A DNA stretch of 64,000 nucleotides from Acidimicrobiia bacterium (GCA_965215185.1 OZ244034.1:2759844-2823843); one strand, 5' to 3'; positions 49,012-57,980 are shown, counted from the stretch's first letter. Numbers and translations: made by a program. The notes: generated by a model from the sequence alone, not told the origin.

Positions 49012-49913
49012 ACAGCCGCGGCGTCGCCCGGCAGGAAAACATCCGCCAGGATCGCTACGGGTTTCTGCGGTGGAGGGTCCTCCCACAGCCGGGCTGGGAG
49101 CAGTGGTGGGATCGCATCGTGGTTCCCGAGGGGATCAAACAACGGCTGGATGATTATTCTCGCCAGTCGATCCTCTTGCGGGCAAAATTCACGCAGGTAG
49201 GGATGCCACTGCATGGACTGGTTCTTCTGTATGGGCCGCCTGGAACCGGCAAGACTTCGCTGGCCAAGGGTTTGGCGAACCGTTTGGGGCAGCATTTCGG
49301 TGAGATCATCTTCGCGGAGGTGGACGCCCACGCCATGCCTTCGCAGATGTTGGGCGAAAGCCAGCGCAACGTGGCCAATCTGCTGGAAAAATCCATCCCC
49401 GAACTGGCTGCCAAGGAGATGCCGGTGGTGGTGCTGATCGACGAAGTCACCTCAATGGCGGTCAACCGGCAGATGGCAATGGGCGGTACCGACCCGGTGG
49501 ACGTTATCCGCGCCACCGACGCCGCTCTCCAGGGGTTGGACCGATTGGCCTACGATCATCCCAATGTCCTGTTGATTGCCACCTCCAATTTAGAGGGCGC
49601 TATCGACGAGGCGGTGATGAGCAGGACCGATCTGGTAGTGGAGGTACCGGTTCCCGACCTGCAGGCCCGTACCGAGATCCTCGCTGACAGTCTCTCCGAA
49701 CTTGGCTCGGTGCTCAACTCTCAGTTCTCGGGTGTGAATGTAAATCGGAGTGAACTCCATGAATTCGCAGCCGAGTTAAATGGGCTGTCCGGTCGTCGAA
49801 TACGCAAACTGGTCTTTGAGGCGGTGTTGGCAGTGCAGTCCCATGAGGGTGCTCTGGGTGTTGGTCATCTCCGGTTGGCGGCCGCCCGTTCCACTTCCCT
49901 GGTGAGGATGTAA
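49008..49913 (+). CDS. Pch2/TRIP13 (CBASS Cap6)-like AAA+ ATPase
   Basis: WDRIVVP, PLHGLVLLYGPPGTGKTSLAKGLA, VLIDEV, DPVDVIRATDAALQGLD, HPNVLLIATSN, DEAVMSRTD and GLSGRRIRK. GTGA overlap with the bicupin stop. Confidence 0.82.
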   Translation: MNSRGVARQENIRQDRYGFLRWRVLPQPGWEQWWDRIVVPEGIKQRLDDYSRQSILLRAKFTQVGMPLHGLVLLYGPPGTGKTSLAKGLANRLGQHFGEIIFAEVDAHAMPSQMLGESQRNVANLLEKSIPELAAKEMPVVVLIDEVTSMAVNRQMAMGGTDPVDVIRATDAALQGLDRLAYDHPNVLLIATSNLEGAIDEAVMSRTDLVVEVPVPDLQARTEILADSLSELGSVLNSQFSGVNVNRSELHEFAAELNGLSGRRIRKLVFEAVLAVQSHEGALGVGHLRLAAARSTSLVRM

Positions 49914-51205
49914 TGACAGCGCTGGTTACCGAGATACTCAGCCGTATAGACGAGTCGCGAGAAGATCTGGCCGAATTGGCCCTTCGTTTGGGCAACACTT
50001 ACGGCCCATTGGGTAATGAAGAACCAACCGCGCGGGCGGCGCATGAGTGGTATCTGGAAAACAGGATGGAAAGCCACTTGGTTCCCATGATCGAAGGCAG
50101 GGCTAGCACTGTGGGAAGGGTGCGGGGGTCGGGTGGGGGAAAGTCGCTGATATACAACGCCCATCTCGACACCGAGGCGTCTGGACCTGACTACGACCTG
50201 TTGATGGCGGTGCCAGATCCCAACCGGGTGGGTGCTCGACGAGAAGGCGACAAAATCTTTGGGCACACTGTTCAAAATGACCGAGGGTGCATGTCCGTTC
50301 AGATGATTGCCGGACGGGCGCTGCAGGATGCTGGTGCTCCCTTGCGGGGTGATCTTCTGCTCAAGTCGGCTGCGGGAGAGACCGGATCGTCACCAGTGGA
50401 CGAATACCAGGGAGCCCGTTACGAGTCGAAGGGATTCGGCACCAACTGGCTGCTGGAGCATGGGTACGGTGCCGATTACGCAGTGATCGCCGAGACCACT
50501 GACTTTTCCGCATCCTGGGTGCAGTGCGGCGCCGCCTATTTCAAGATAACCGTCCGGGGCCGGAATATGTACACCCCTCGCTTGGAGCGGCCATCGAAGC
50601 TCTCCGAGCATCCCAACGCCATCGTGCGAGCGGGCGTTCTGATCGGGGCCCTGGAGCAGTGGGCGGTCGAATATGAAGCATCGCGGGCTATCGAGACCCC
50701 TTGCGGCACCATGCGACCCAAGTCGCAGATAGGAGCGATGAGAGGCGGAATACCGTGGCGGCCCAACCGGTCCTCGACCTATGCGGCCCTATATATGGAT
50801 GTGCGTACCCGACCGGGGGACCTTATCACGGAGATCACCGCCTCTCTACAGCAGGCGATAGCCGACACCGGCTTGGATGCTGAATTGCGACTGATAATGT
50901 TCAAACCCGGTTATGCCGCCTCCTCCGAGAAGATCAGGCCCCTATTGGGCGCCATCGGCGACGCTCATCGCCATGTCCGGGGAGAGGAGATGCCGGAGCG
51001 GGCCGAATCGGCGGTGGTCTCGATGTGGCGGGACACCAATGTGTACAACCGGGTCGGCATCCCTGCCCTCACCTTCGGTCCGAGCCGGGGCCGGGCGGCG
51101 GTGCAGGGGACCGGTTACATGCATTTGGACAACATGTTGGAGGGGGCCAAGATCTACGCTCTCACTGCCCTATCCATCTGCGCCGCGGTGTCGCCCTCCT
51201 CGTGA
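49913..51205 (+). CDS. M20/ArgE-DapE family metallohydrolase, atypical ligand set
   Basis: YNAHLDTE, NDRG, AAGETG and VIAET motifs plus a dimerisation domain; TAATG overlap with the ATPase. Confidence 0.8.
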   Translation: MTALVTEILSRIDESREDLAELALRLGNTYGPLGNEEPTARAAHEWYLENRMESHLVPMIEGRASTVGRVRGSGGGKSLIYNAHLDTEASGPDYDLLMAVPDPNRVGARREGDKIFGHTVQNDRGCMSVQMIAGRALQDAGAPLRGDLLLKSAAGETGSSPVDEYQGARYESKGFGTNWLLEHGYGADYAVIAETTDFSASWVQCGAAYFKITVRGRNMYTPRLERPSKLSEHPNAIVRAGVLIGALEQWAVEYEASRAIETPCGTMRPKSQIGAMRGGIPWRPNRSSTYAALYMDVRTRPGDLITEITASLQQAIADTGLDAELRLIMFKPGYAASSEKIRPLLGAIGDAHRHVRGEEMPERAESAVVSMWRDTNVYNRVGIPALTFGPSRGRAAVQGTGYMHLDNMLEGAKIYALTALSICAAVSPSS

Positions 51206-52392
51206 CGCTACCCCGTCCGGTTGGATCACTTCTTCGGTACGAGTGGATGGCGCATCTGGGGGGAATGGCGGTAATAACCGGCGTTCAACTGATCTCTCCC
51301 GCCCTCCCGGCCCTAGCCGAACGCTTCGCCCTGTCGGAGTCGGAAGTCTCTTTGGTGATCAGCGTCTATCTGATCCCAGCAACCTTGGCTTCGGTGCCGG
51401 CGGGGTTTTTGGCTGACCGGTTCGGAAGACGGTGGGTGTTCGGGACGGGCCTGTGTCTGTTCGGTGTGGCGGGGGTGCTCCTGCCTGTGGTGGCGCAAGA
51501 GTCCTACGGGGCTCTACTGGTGATCAGGTTCGTGCAGGGATTGGGATTCGCTCCTGCTTTTCCTCTCACCATCACCATTCTGGGTGATCTCTACAAGGGT
51601 CCGAAATTGGTGGGCGCACTAGGGCGGCGGTCGGTATTGATGTCGGTGGCAGACGGCGGATACCCCATCCTGGGAGGGATCTTGGTGGGGCTTTCGTGGT
51701 TGGCGCCTTGGTATCTGCAGGCCGTGGCTCTTCCGATCGGATTGATGGTGCTGTTCAGTTTTCGGGATTGGGTGCCGCTGGGCACTCAGGGTGGCATGGG
51801 CGGTTTGCGCTGGTTGTGGCGCTCGGTGCACTCCAAAGGCATCCTGTCTCTCCACTATGTGAGTTTTCTCCGATTCTTCGCCAAATTCGCTTTGCTCTCG
51901 TACCTTCCGCTTCTGCTGGTGATATCCCGGGGCTTGACAGCCGCCCAAGCCGGTTTGATATTGGGCACGGCCGCCTTGTCTGGGACCTTGGGAGCGGCCA
52001 TGAGCGGATGGTTGGCCCGCATTGGCCCCGCATCTCGGTGGGTCATTGCGGGAATGGTCATGCAGGGTTTGGGATTGGTGATAATGGTTTTTGTGGCCCA
52101 GATCTGGATGCTGATGACGGTGGCAGTGTTTTACGGGCTGGCCGACGGCGTCCTCGGGACGTTTGTCAACGCTTATCTGGCGTCGGCGACCGACCCCGAG
52201 CACCGGGCCAGTCTGGTAGCCGCCAATGGCGCCATAAAGAATTTCGGAAAGCTCTTGGCGCCCCTCCTGTTAGGGGTGCTGGTGCTGGTGGTGCCGCTCT
52301 CGGTGGGGTTCACCGCAGTGGCGGCTGTGTTGGTGATCTCGGCGCCTGCCGCGGCGCCGTTGCGGGCCTACGATTCCCGGATTTCAAGATAG
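51202..52392 (+). CDS. MFS transporter
   Basis: About 12 hydrophobic segments, GFLADRFGRR motif A and IRFVQGLG; GTGA overlap with the M20 gene. Confidence 0.9.
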   Translation: MTLPRPVGSLLRYEWMAHLGGMAVITGVQLISPALPALAERFALSESEVSLVISVYLIPATLASVPAGFLADRFGRRWVFGTGLCLFGVAGVLLPVVAQESYGALLVIRFVQGLGFAPAFPLTITILGDLYKGPKLVGALGRRSVLMSVADGGYPILGGILVGLSWLAPWYLQAVALPIGLMVLFSFRDWVPLGTQGGMGGLRWLWRSVHSKGILSLHYVSFLRFFAKFALLSYLPLLLVISRGLTAAQAGLILGTAALSGTLGAAMSGWLARIGPASRWVIAGMVMQGLGLVIMVFVAQIWMLMTVAVFYGLADGVLGTFVNAYLASATDPEHRASLVAANGAIKNFGKLLAPLLLGVLVLVVPLSVGFTAVAAVLVISAPAAAPLRAYDSRISR

Positions 52393-52420
52393 GAGGCCGG
52401 ATTTCTACCCTGGCCTGCGT

Positions 52421-52436
52421 AGATAGGATACAATAG
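52421..52436. promoter_or_regulatory. Second, degenerate copy of the 47935 palindrome
   Basis: AGATAGGATACAATAG matches AGATTGGATCCAATCT at 12/16 positions and includes a TACAAT -10-like hexamer. Confidence 0.5.
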
Positions 52437-52512
52437 CCAATTTGATCCAGCCTTGGGCTTCGGCCTAATAGTTTGACAGAGAAAATAAGCAAACAAGTGA
52501 AGGAGATTCAAA

Positions 52513-52590
52513 GTGCGACAAAGATCTTGGTTATCGGCCTTGGCCGTGCTCATGGCCTTCGCGTTGGTGGCGGCTGCCTGCGGCAGGTGA
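52513..52590 (+). pseudogene. Orphan lipoprotein signal peptide (start of a deleted lipoprotein gene)
   Basis: AAGGAG SD, then GTG start, MRQRSWLSALAVLMAFALVAAACG, then AGG TGA. Confidence 0.72.
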
Positions 52591-52775
52591 CAATCGTTGC
52601 CGAGAGAGGTGACGGAGTGGGGTCGTACGGCGCCAAAGGCAGGGGAGAGGGAACTCTCAACCCGATTGGAGGAGCCACTGCTGCGGCTGTGGCCCGGGCG
52701 ATAGGCCGTTGGCCCGATAGATTGCCGCTCACCCCCGAGCGGGTGTGGCGCCTGATGAGAAATGGTGACAGCTAA
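52584..52775 (+). pseudogene. C-terminal remnant of a xanthine dehydrogenase-family molybdopterin-binding subunit
   Basis: GDGVGSYGAKGRGEGTLNP...AVARAIG...LPLTPERVW matches the GP(F/Y)GAKGxGE...P(I/L)TPERV terminus of this family. Confidence 0.78.
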
Positions 52776-53467
52776 TGGATTTAAGCCGTTTGGAGCCGTG
52801 GCTAACAGAGGCGCGCCAACGTTTTCGCACAGCCGAGGATATGGTCACCGGGGTTCTCAGGGAAGCGATCATCACTGGCGTGCTCAGCCCCGGTGAGCGT
52901 CTTCCTCAAGATCAACTCGCCGAATTGTTGATGGTGAGCCGTATGCCGATCAGAGCGGCGCTGCGTCAGTTGGACTCCGAGGGCTTGGTGGTCAACATCC
53001 CCCATCGGGGCGCCACAGTGCGGGAGTTATCGCCCACCGAGTTACGGGAGTTGTACGAACTGAGAGTGGTGGTGGAGTGCTTTGCCGTCCGACGCTCGGT
53101 GGTGGCCGCCTTCCCCTCCGACCTGCTCGAATTGGCGGAGTTGGCCGAAAGCTGTGAGAGCGCCGAGGAGGGGGAGGAGTGGATTCAGCAAAGATGCGCC
53201 TTCTACCGCCGCCTGTACGCCATCGGGAACGGCGTCAGGGTGGTGGACACGATCATGACCCTTCGAGCGGAAGTCAGCCGTTATCTGCTGGAAAAGAGAT
53301 TCTGTCCGGGGTGGCATCGTGAACTACTGGAGAATCTGGCCACGGCGGATACGGAGGGAGCCGCCCGGTTCTTGGAAGACCACCTGATGGAGGTCCTGGA
53401 GTCCATGGAAGAAGAGATATCGGTGGCGGACCGCTGGAACAAGGCGATTGACGGGACCAAGAAATGA
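52775..53467 (+). CDS. GntR family (FCD) transcriptional regulator
   Basis: LREAIITG.L.PGERL..LAELL.VSRMPIR.AL..L..EGLV...PHRG HTH motif. Confidence 0.92.
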   Translation: MDLSRLEPWLTEARQRFRTAEDMVTGVLREAIITGVLSPGERLPQDQLAELLMVSRMPIRAALRQLDSEGLVVNIPHRGATVRELSPTELRELYELRVVVECFAVRRSVVAAFPSDLLELAELAESCESAEEGEEWIQQRCAFYRRLYAIGNGVRVVDTIMTLRAEVSRYLLEKRFCPGWHRELLENLATADTEGAARFLEDHLMEVLESMEEEISVADRWNKAIDGTKK

Positions 53468-54415
53468 AAGAGGAGCAGGTCGTCTTCTACAGGGGCGGGG
53501 AGCGGGTGGTTGGGGATCTGTATCTTCCTGAGGCCGGAAAGGGTGAACCTCGCCCGGCGGTGGTGCAGGGGACCGGGCTGGATGGGTTTGCGCACCGCCC
53601 GGCTCTATCGTCCCTATCACGAGGCTTTCCTGGCGGCGGGAATCGTGGTCCTCGTCATCGACTACCGAGGGTGCGGGGACTCCGATGGCGACCCGCTGGG
53701 GTTCTCGCCCCGCCGACAACTGGAGGATCTCACCAACGCCGTGACCTATCTCACCACCCGACCCGAGGTGGACCCCGACCGAATCGGGGTGTTTGGATCA
53801 GGGGGGACGGGGGGCGGCAACGCCGTATGTCTGGCAGCCACCGACCAGCGGGTGCGGTGTGCGGTGGCCCAGGTGCCCGTCTCCGACGGCCGGGATTGGC
53901 TGCGCAGGATGCGACCCGCGTATGAGTGGTATGAGTTCCTGGAGCTACTGAAGGCAGACCGGGTTCAAAGAGTCACCACCGGCCAGGGGGATCTGGTGCA
54001 CTCCCAGCAAATCATGATCCCCGCTCCCGAGCGGAGGGCCACCACCATCAAAAAGGACGTGGATTCCCGGGTTCCCACCCTGCTGCCGTTGGCTGCGGCG
54101 GAAGAGATTATGGCCTATAGACCTATCGACGTGGTGGACCGGATAACTCCGCGACCACTTCTGATAGTGGCGGTGGAAGACGATCCGGTCACTCCCACCC
54201 AGCACGCGGTGGATCTGTACGAACGGGCGGGTCCGCCCAAGAAACTGATCATTCAGCGGCACACCACGCACTACGCCGCCTATCGACAGTATGGGAAGAC
54301 GATCATTCCCCAGATGGTGGATTGGTTTCGCATACATTTATCGACAACCCGGATACAGGCTGTTGAAGCGACCACAGGTAAAGAGAAGCACATGGTTATC
54401 AAGGAGATCGCATGA
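53464..54415 (+). pseudogene. Alpha/beta hydrolase (S15/CocE-like N-terminus) with a +1 frameshift near 53568-53572
   Basis: Frame 1 MKEEQVVFY...GDLYLP...PAVVQG continues in the next frame as PGWMGL...IDYRGCGDS...DPDRIG...EDDPVTP...HY. One extra base at CAGGGGACCG. Confidence 0.75.
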
Positions 54416-55803
54416 ACATCACCAGAGTTGTCAGAGGAGCCTCGGTGGTAAGGGACGGGTCTTTGACCAAGATGGACATTCTGGTGGGGGGTGAGCGAAT
54501 CGTCGGTCTTACCTTGCCGGATACCATCACGCCCCCTTCCTCGGCCGAGGTGATAGAGGTCGATGGGCTGTGGGCCCTCCCTGGAGGGGTAGACGTGCAT
54601 GTCCACCTCCGGGAGCCAGGCTACACCCATAAAGAGGATATCAAAACCGCCACCGCCGCGGCGGCAGCGGGCGGATACACCACCGTGTTCGGGATGCCCA
54701 ATGTGAAGCCGCCCACCATGACCGCCCCCGATCTGTGGGCTGCCTTGGCTCTGTACGACCAAAAGAGCCTGGTCGACTACAACCACAACCCTGCCGCCAA
54801 GCAAAGAGAAGAATTAGCGGAGATGGCCGAGATGGGGATCGCCGCCTATAAAATCTACATGGTGGCGGACACCGGGCGGTCCTATCCGCACCCGGCCGCC
54901 ATCGGGGTTCATGACCACGGCCACCTCCTGGAGGCGATGCAGACCGTGGCCGCCACCGGGTTGCCCCTGATGGTGCATCCTCATGACCAGCGTATCGAAG
55001 AAGTGGTGGAGCAGCGTTTCTGGGAGAAGGGGGATCGGTCTCCGGAGGCGTATGCCCGTACCCTGATGACCGGGGACGGGATCCTGTGGGACACCGCCAC
55101 CTCCTTGTTACTCCGTATGGCGGAGGCCACCGGCTGTCGGTTGCACCTCGTGCATACCACCACCAGCCGTCAGGTGGAGATGATCCGGGCGGCCCGAAAG
55201 CGGGGGGTGAAGGTTACCTGTGAGGCAAATCACTGGACATTGTTCCTGGCTACCTGGGAGTTGGTGCAGGAACTGGGGCCCTATGTTCTCTCCTATTGGG
55301 TGCCCGAGCACCATCAGCAGGCCGTTTGGGAAGCCTTGGCGGACGGCTCGATCGACATGGTCGCCTCCGATCACGCTCCCCATACCAGGGCTGAAAAGGA
55401 TGTGGGGTATCAGGACATGTGGGCCGCTCACACCGGTTCCCCCGGCGTTCAATATCAGCTGCCGCTGCTGATAGATGCCTATCACCAGGGCCGTATCTCC
55501 CTCGCTCGGCTGGTGGACGCGGTAGCCGCTGCTCCCGCCCGTCTGTTCGGCCTCTCCCGAAAGGGCCGGATCACCCCGGGCGCCGACGCCGACCTGACCC
55601 TGATCGATCCCAACCGGGAATGGACCATCACCAACGATTCAGTCCTCTCCAAGATCGACTGGACTCCCTACCACGGACGGACCATCCGGGGAGCTGTGGA
55701 GCGCACCATGGTGCGGGGAACCGACGTATTTGTTGGTGGAGAAATAGTGGGGGAGCCCGGCCACGGCCGCCAAGCGGTTCCCGATTCGATGGAGAGGAAC
55801 TAA
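54412..55803 (+). CDS. Cyclic amidohydrolase (dihydroorotase/allantoinase/hydantoinase family)
   Basis: DVHVHLREPG, AAAAGGYTT, KIYM, HPHD, HLVH and SDHAPH motifs. Confidence 0.9.
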   Translation: MNITRVVRGASVVRDGSLTKMDILVGGERIVGLTLPDTITPPSSAEVIEVDGLWALPGGVDVHVHLREPGYTHKEDIKTATAAAAAGGYTTVFGMPNVKPPTMTAPDLWAALALYDQKSLVDYNHNPAAKQREELAEMAEMGIAAYKIYMVADTGRSYPHPAAIGVHDHGHLLEAMQTVAATGLPLMVHPHDQRIEEVVEQRFWEKGDRSPEAYARTLMTGDGILWDTATSLLLRMAEATGCRLHLVHTTTSRQVEMIRAARKRGVKVTCEANHWTLFLATWELVQELGPYVLSYWVPEHHQQAVWEALADGSIDMVASDHAPHTRAEKDVGYQDMWAAHTGSPGVQYQLPLLIDAYHQGRISLARLVDAVAAAPARLFGLSRKGRITPGADADLTLIDPNREWTITNDSVLSKIDWTPYHGRTIRGAVERTMVRGTDVFVGGEIVGEPGHGRQAVPDSMERN

Positions 55804-55806
55804 ATC

Positions 55807-56784
55807 ATGGAGTATGGACTGCTGTTACCCCATTTCGGTCATCACACCGACCGGGACATGCTCTGGCAAGGGGCAAGAAGAGCGGAGGAACTGGGTTTCG
55901 ATTCGCTTTGGGTGAGGGACCACTTGATGTTCGAGCCGCACGGGGAATTCGAAGCGCCCAACCGGAACTTCCTGGAACCCTTGACGGTGTTGACCTCGGT
56001 GGGATCGGTCACCTCCTCGGTCAAGCTTGGGACTGCCACGCTAATCCCCTACCGCCATCCGCTGGTGGTGGCTGCCACCTTGACTTCCATCGATTCGGTG
56101 GTGGGGGGTGGCCGGCTGATCACCGCCTGGGGCGCTGGCGGTTACGACTTTGAGTTCGAGGCGGTGGGGATGGGGGGAATATTCCGTCCCGAGCTAGTGG
56201 AGTCCAACGCCCGCATTCTGGCCAAGGTGCTTTCGGAGGATCACGTCAACTACGAAGACAAGCATTACCGGTTCGACAACGTGACCATCCGCCCGCGTCC
56301 TGCCGCTCCCATCCCCTTCTGGTACGGAGGCGCGACGCCTGCCTCGGCCCGTCGGGCCGCCACCTATTGCAGCGGATGGATGCCGGGACGGATAACCCTT
56401 CCCACCATCGCCAAGCGGGTAACCCAGATGAGCAGGCTCACCGAAGAAAACGGGCGCCCCATACCGACTGTGGCTTGCATTCCACCAACCAGCATCGGCG
56501 AGACCACCGAAGAGGCGATGGAGGGCACCTCACTGGAAGGCTTGCTCGCTTGGGCCAACTCCCGCGGCAAATGGTGGGTGAAGCCTGCATCGGGGCGGTT
56601 CGAGACTGCTGAGGACATAGAGGGATCACTGATCGCCGGTACCCCTGACGAGGTGGTAGCTGCCACCGTCAAGTTTGCCGACGTAGGCGTGGATCACCTG
56701 GTCTACGACCTGCGGCTCTCCTTTGACCGGTGGCTTCAGAGTATCGAACTACTGGGCAAGGAGGTCCTCCCCCGCCTGAGGTAG
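55807..56784 (+). CDS. LLM-class flavin/F420-dependent oxidoreductase
   Basis: AEELGFDSLWVRDH, LEPLTVL, VKLGT, GGRLI and PIPFWYGG motifs. Confidence 0.9.
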   Translation: MEYGLLLPHFGHHTDRDMLWQGARRAEELGFDSLWVRDHLMFEPHGEFEAPNRNFLEPLTVLTSVGSVTSSVKLGTATLIPYRHPLVVAATLTSIDSVVGGGRLITAWGAGGYDFEFEAVGMGGIFRPELVESNARILAKVLSEDHVNYEDKHYRFDNVTIRPRPAAPIPFWYGGATPASARRAATYCSGWMPGRITLPTIAKRVTQMSRLTEENGRPIPTVACIPPTSIGETTEEAMEGTSLEGLLAWANSRGKWWVKPASGRFETAEDIEGSLIAGTPDEVVAATVKFADVGVDHLVYDLRLSFDRWLQSIELLGKEVLPRLR

Positions 56785-56810
56785 CCTGGCCTCGCCCAAG
56801 CCACCGGCGT

Positions 56811-57980
56811 TCAGGTAGTCGGGCTTATCAGTTCGTAGGTCACGGTTTGGTCGTAATAGGTGGTGGAAACAATGCTGGTCGTGTCTCCGGTCTCGTCGGG
56901 GATGGTCATGTCGGTCGTGACTTCTCCCTGAACCTGGTAGTCGCCCTCCAACACCAGTCCGGCTTGGGAGTCGAATCGGGTGACAGCGATGATGGTGCTC
57001 GGAGTGGCTCTTACCAATAGCTTTAGTTCCGAGATGGCCTCAAGGCCTTCCTGGGCTTCTCCCTCGGAGAACTCGTCGGAGAACGCCCCGAAAAAGCCCT
57101 TCAGGAAGTCGCTCATATCCCATTCGAATCCTTCGGTCCGGTACTCGCTCTCCACTACCAGGACGGTGCGCTCTGCTATTGTGTCAACTCCCACCAAGTG
57201 ATGCTCGGCGTTGGTGACTATGGACCCCAAGCCAACCGGTCCCTCCTGTTCGATTCGCTCGCTCCATGTGTCCCCGATGCCTATCGGATAGTCGGGGAAG
57301 GCGGGGCCGAACGGTCTGTTCAGTTCCTGGCTTCCCATCGAGGCGCCGGACAGGAAGCTATCTCCACCGAAGAGGCCTTCCAGCGCCTCACTGGAAATCT
57401 CCAACACATTTCCCTGCTGATCAACCACCACGGTTATGTCGATCGGCGCCTCAAACCCTGGCGCCGTGCTTTCCCCGGGGTCAGGCATGGTTATTCCACC
57501 CATGGACATCTTGTTTTCGACCAGTTCAAAGTCGGAGAGGATGCGGATGCTGGTGGTGTCCTGTTCGGGGCCGGGACTGGTCTGGTAGTTGATTGTGCCC
57601 ACCAGGGTGCTGGATATCTGGATGGGGCCAGGAGGCATTTGTTCTGGTGGTCCGCCTTCCAATGTCACGTCAGCCTGTTGCTGTACGGTGATATCGTATG
57701 CGATTTCACCGGAAGATGGATACCGGTAGGAGACCACCGTCGGCTCGAATGCCACGGCGGGGTCGGCAGCCGTGGTAGTGGTTTGGGGCGCGGCAGCGGT
57801 TGTCGTCGGGACAACGGTGGTACTGGTGGTGGTTTGAGGAGCGGCTGCTGTGGTTGCAGGTGCGGTGGTGGCCGTTTGATCTGGAGAGGAATCTCCCCCG
57901 CATGCGGCTGCCACCAAAGAAAACACGAACAACGCAAGGAGAGGTTTGCGATAGAAGAAACGACTATGTGTAGGCATCAT
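56811..57980 (-). CDS. Uncharacterised lipoprotein with Thr-rich linker
   Basis: VAAACG lipobox, (T/A/P)-rich stalk, then a beta-rich domain. Confidence 0.8.
   Translation of the reverse strand: MMPTHSRFFYRKPLLALFVFSLVAAACGGDSSPDQTATTAPATTAAAPQTTTSTTVVPTTTAAAPQTTTTAADPAVAFEPTVVSYRYPSSGEIAYDITVQQQADVTLEGGPPEQMPPGPIQISSTLVGTINYQTSPGPEQDTTSIRILSDFELVENKMSMGGITMPDPGESTAPGFEAPIDITVVVDQQGNVLEISSEALEGLFGGDSFLSGASMGSQELNRPFGPAFPDYPIGIGDTWSERIEQEGPVGLGSIVTNAEHHLVGVDTIAERTVLVVESEYRTEGFEWDMSDFLKGFFGAFSDEFSEGEAQEGLEAISELKLLVRATPSTIIAVTRFDSQAGLVLEGDYQVQGEVTTDMTIPDETGDTTSIVSTTYYDQTVTYELISPTT

Noticed and set aside
49008-49913. Calling this locus a CBASS anti-phage system
   Set aside because: Only the Trip13-like ATPase is present. 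No CD-NTase, HORMA or effector is recognisable nearby, and all coupled neighbours are metabolic.
52473-52775. 100-aa ORF as a real small protein
   Set aside because: It is a chimera: an off-frame reading of a signal-peptide remnant joined to an XDH-family C-terminal remnant.
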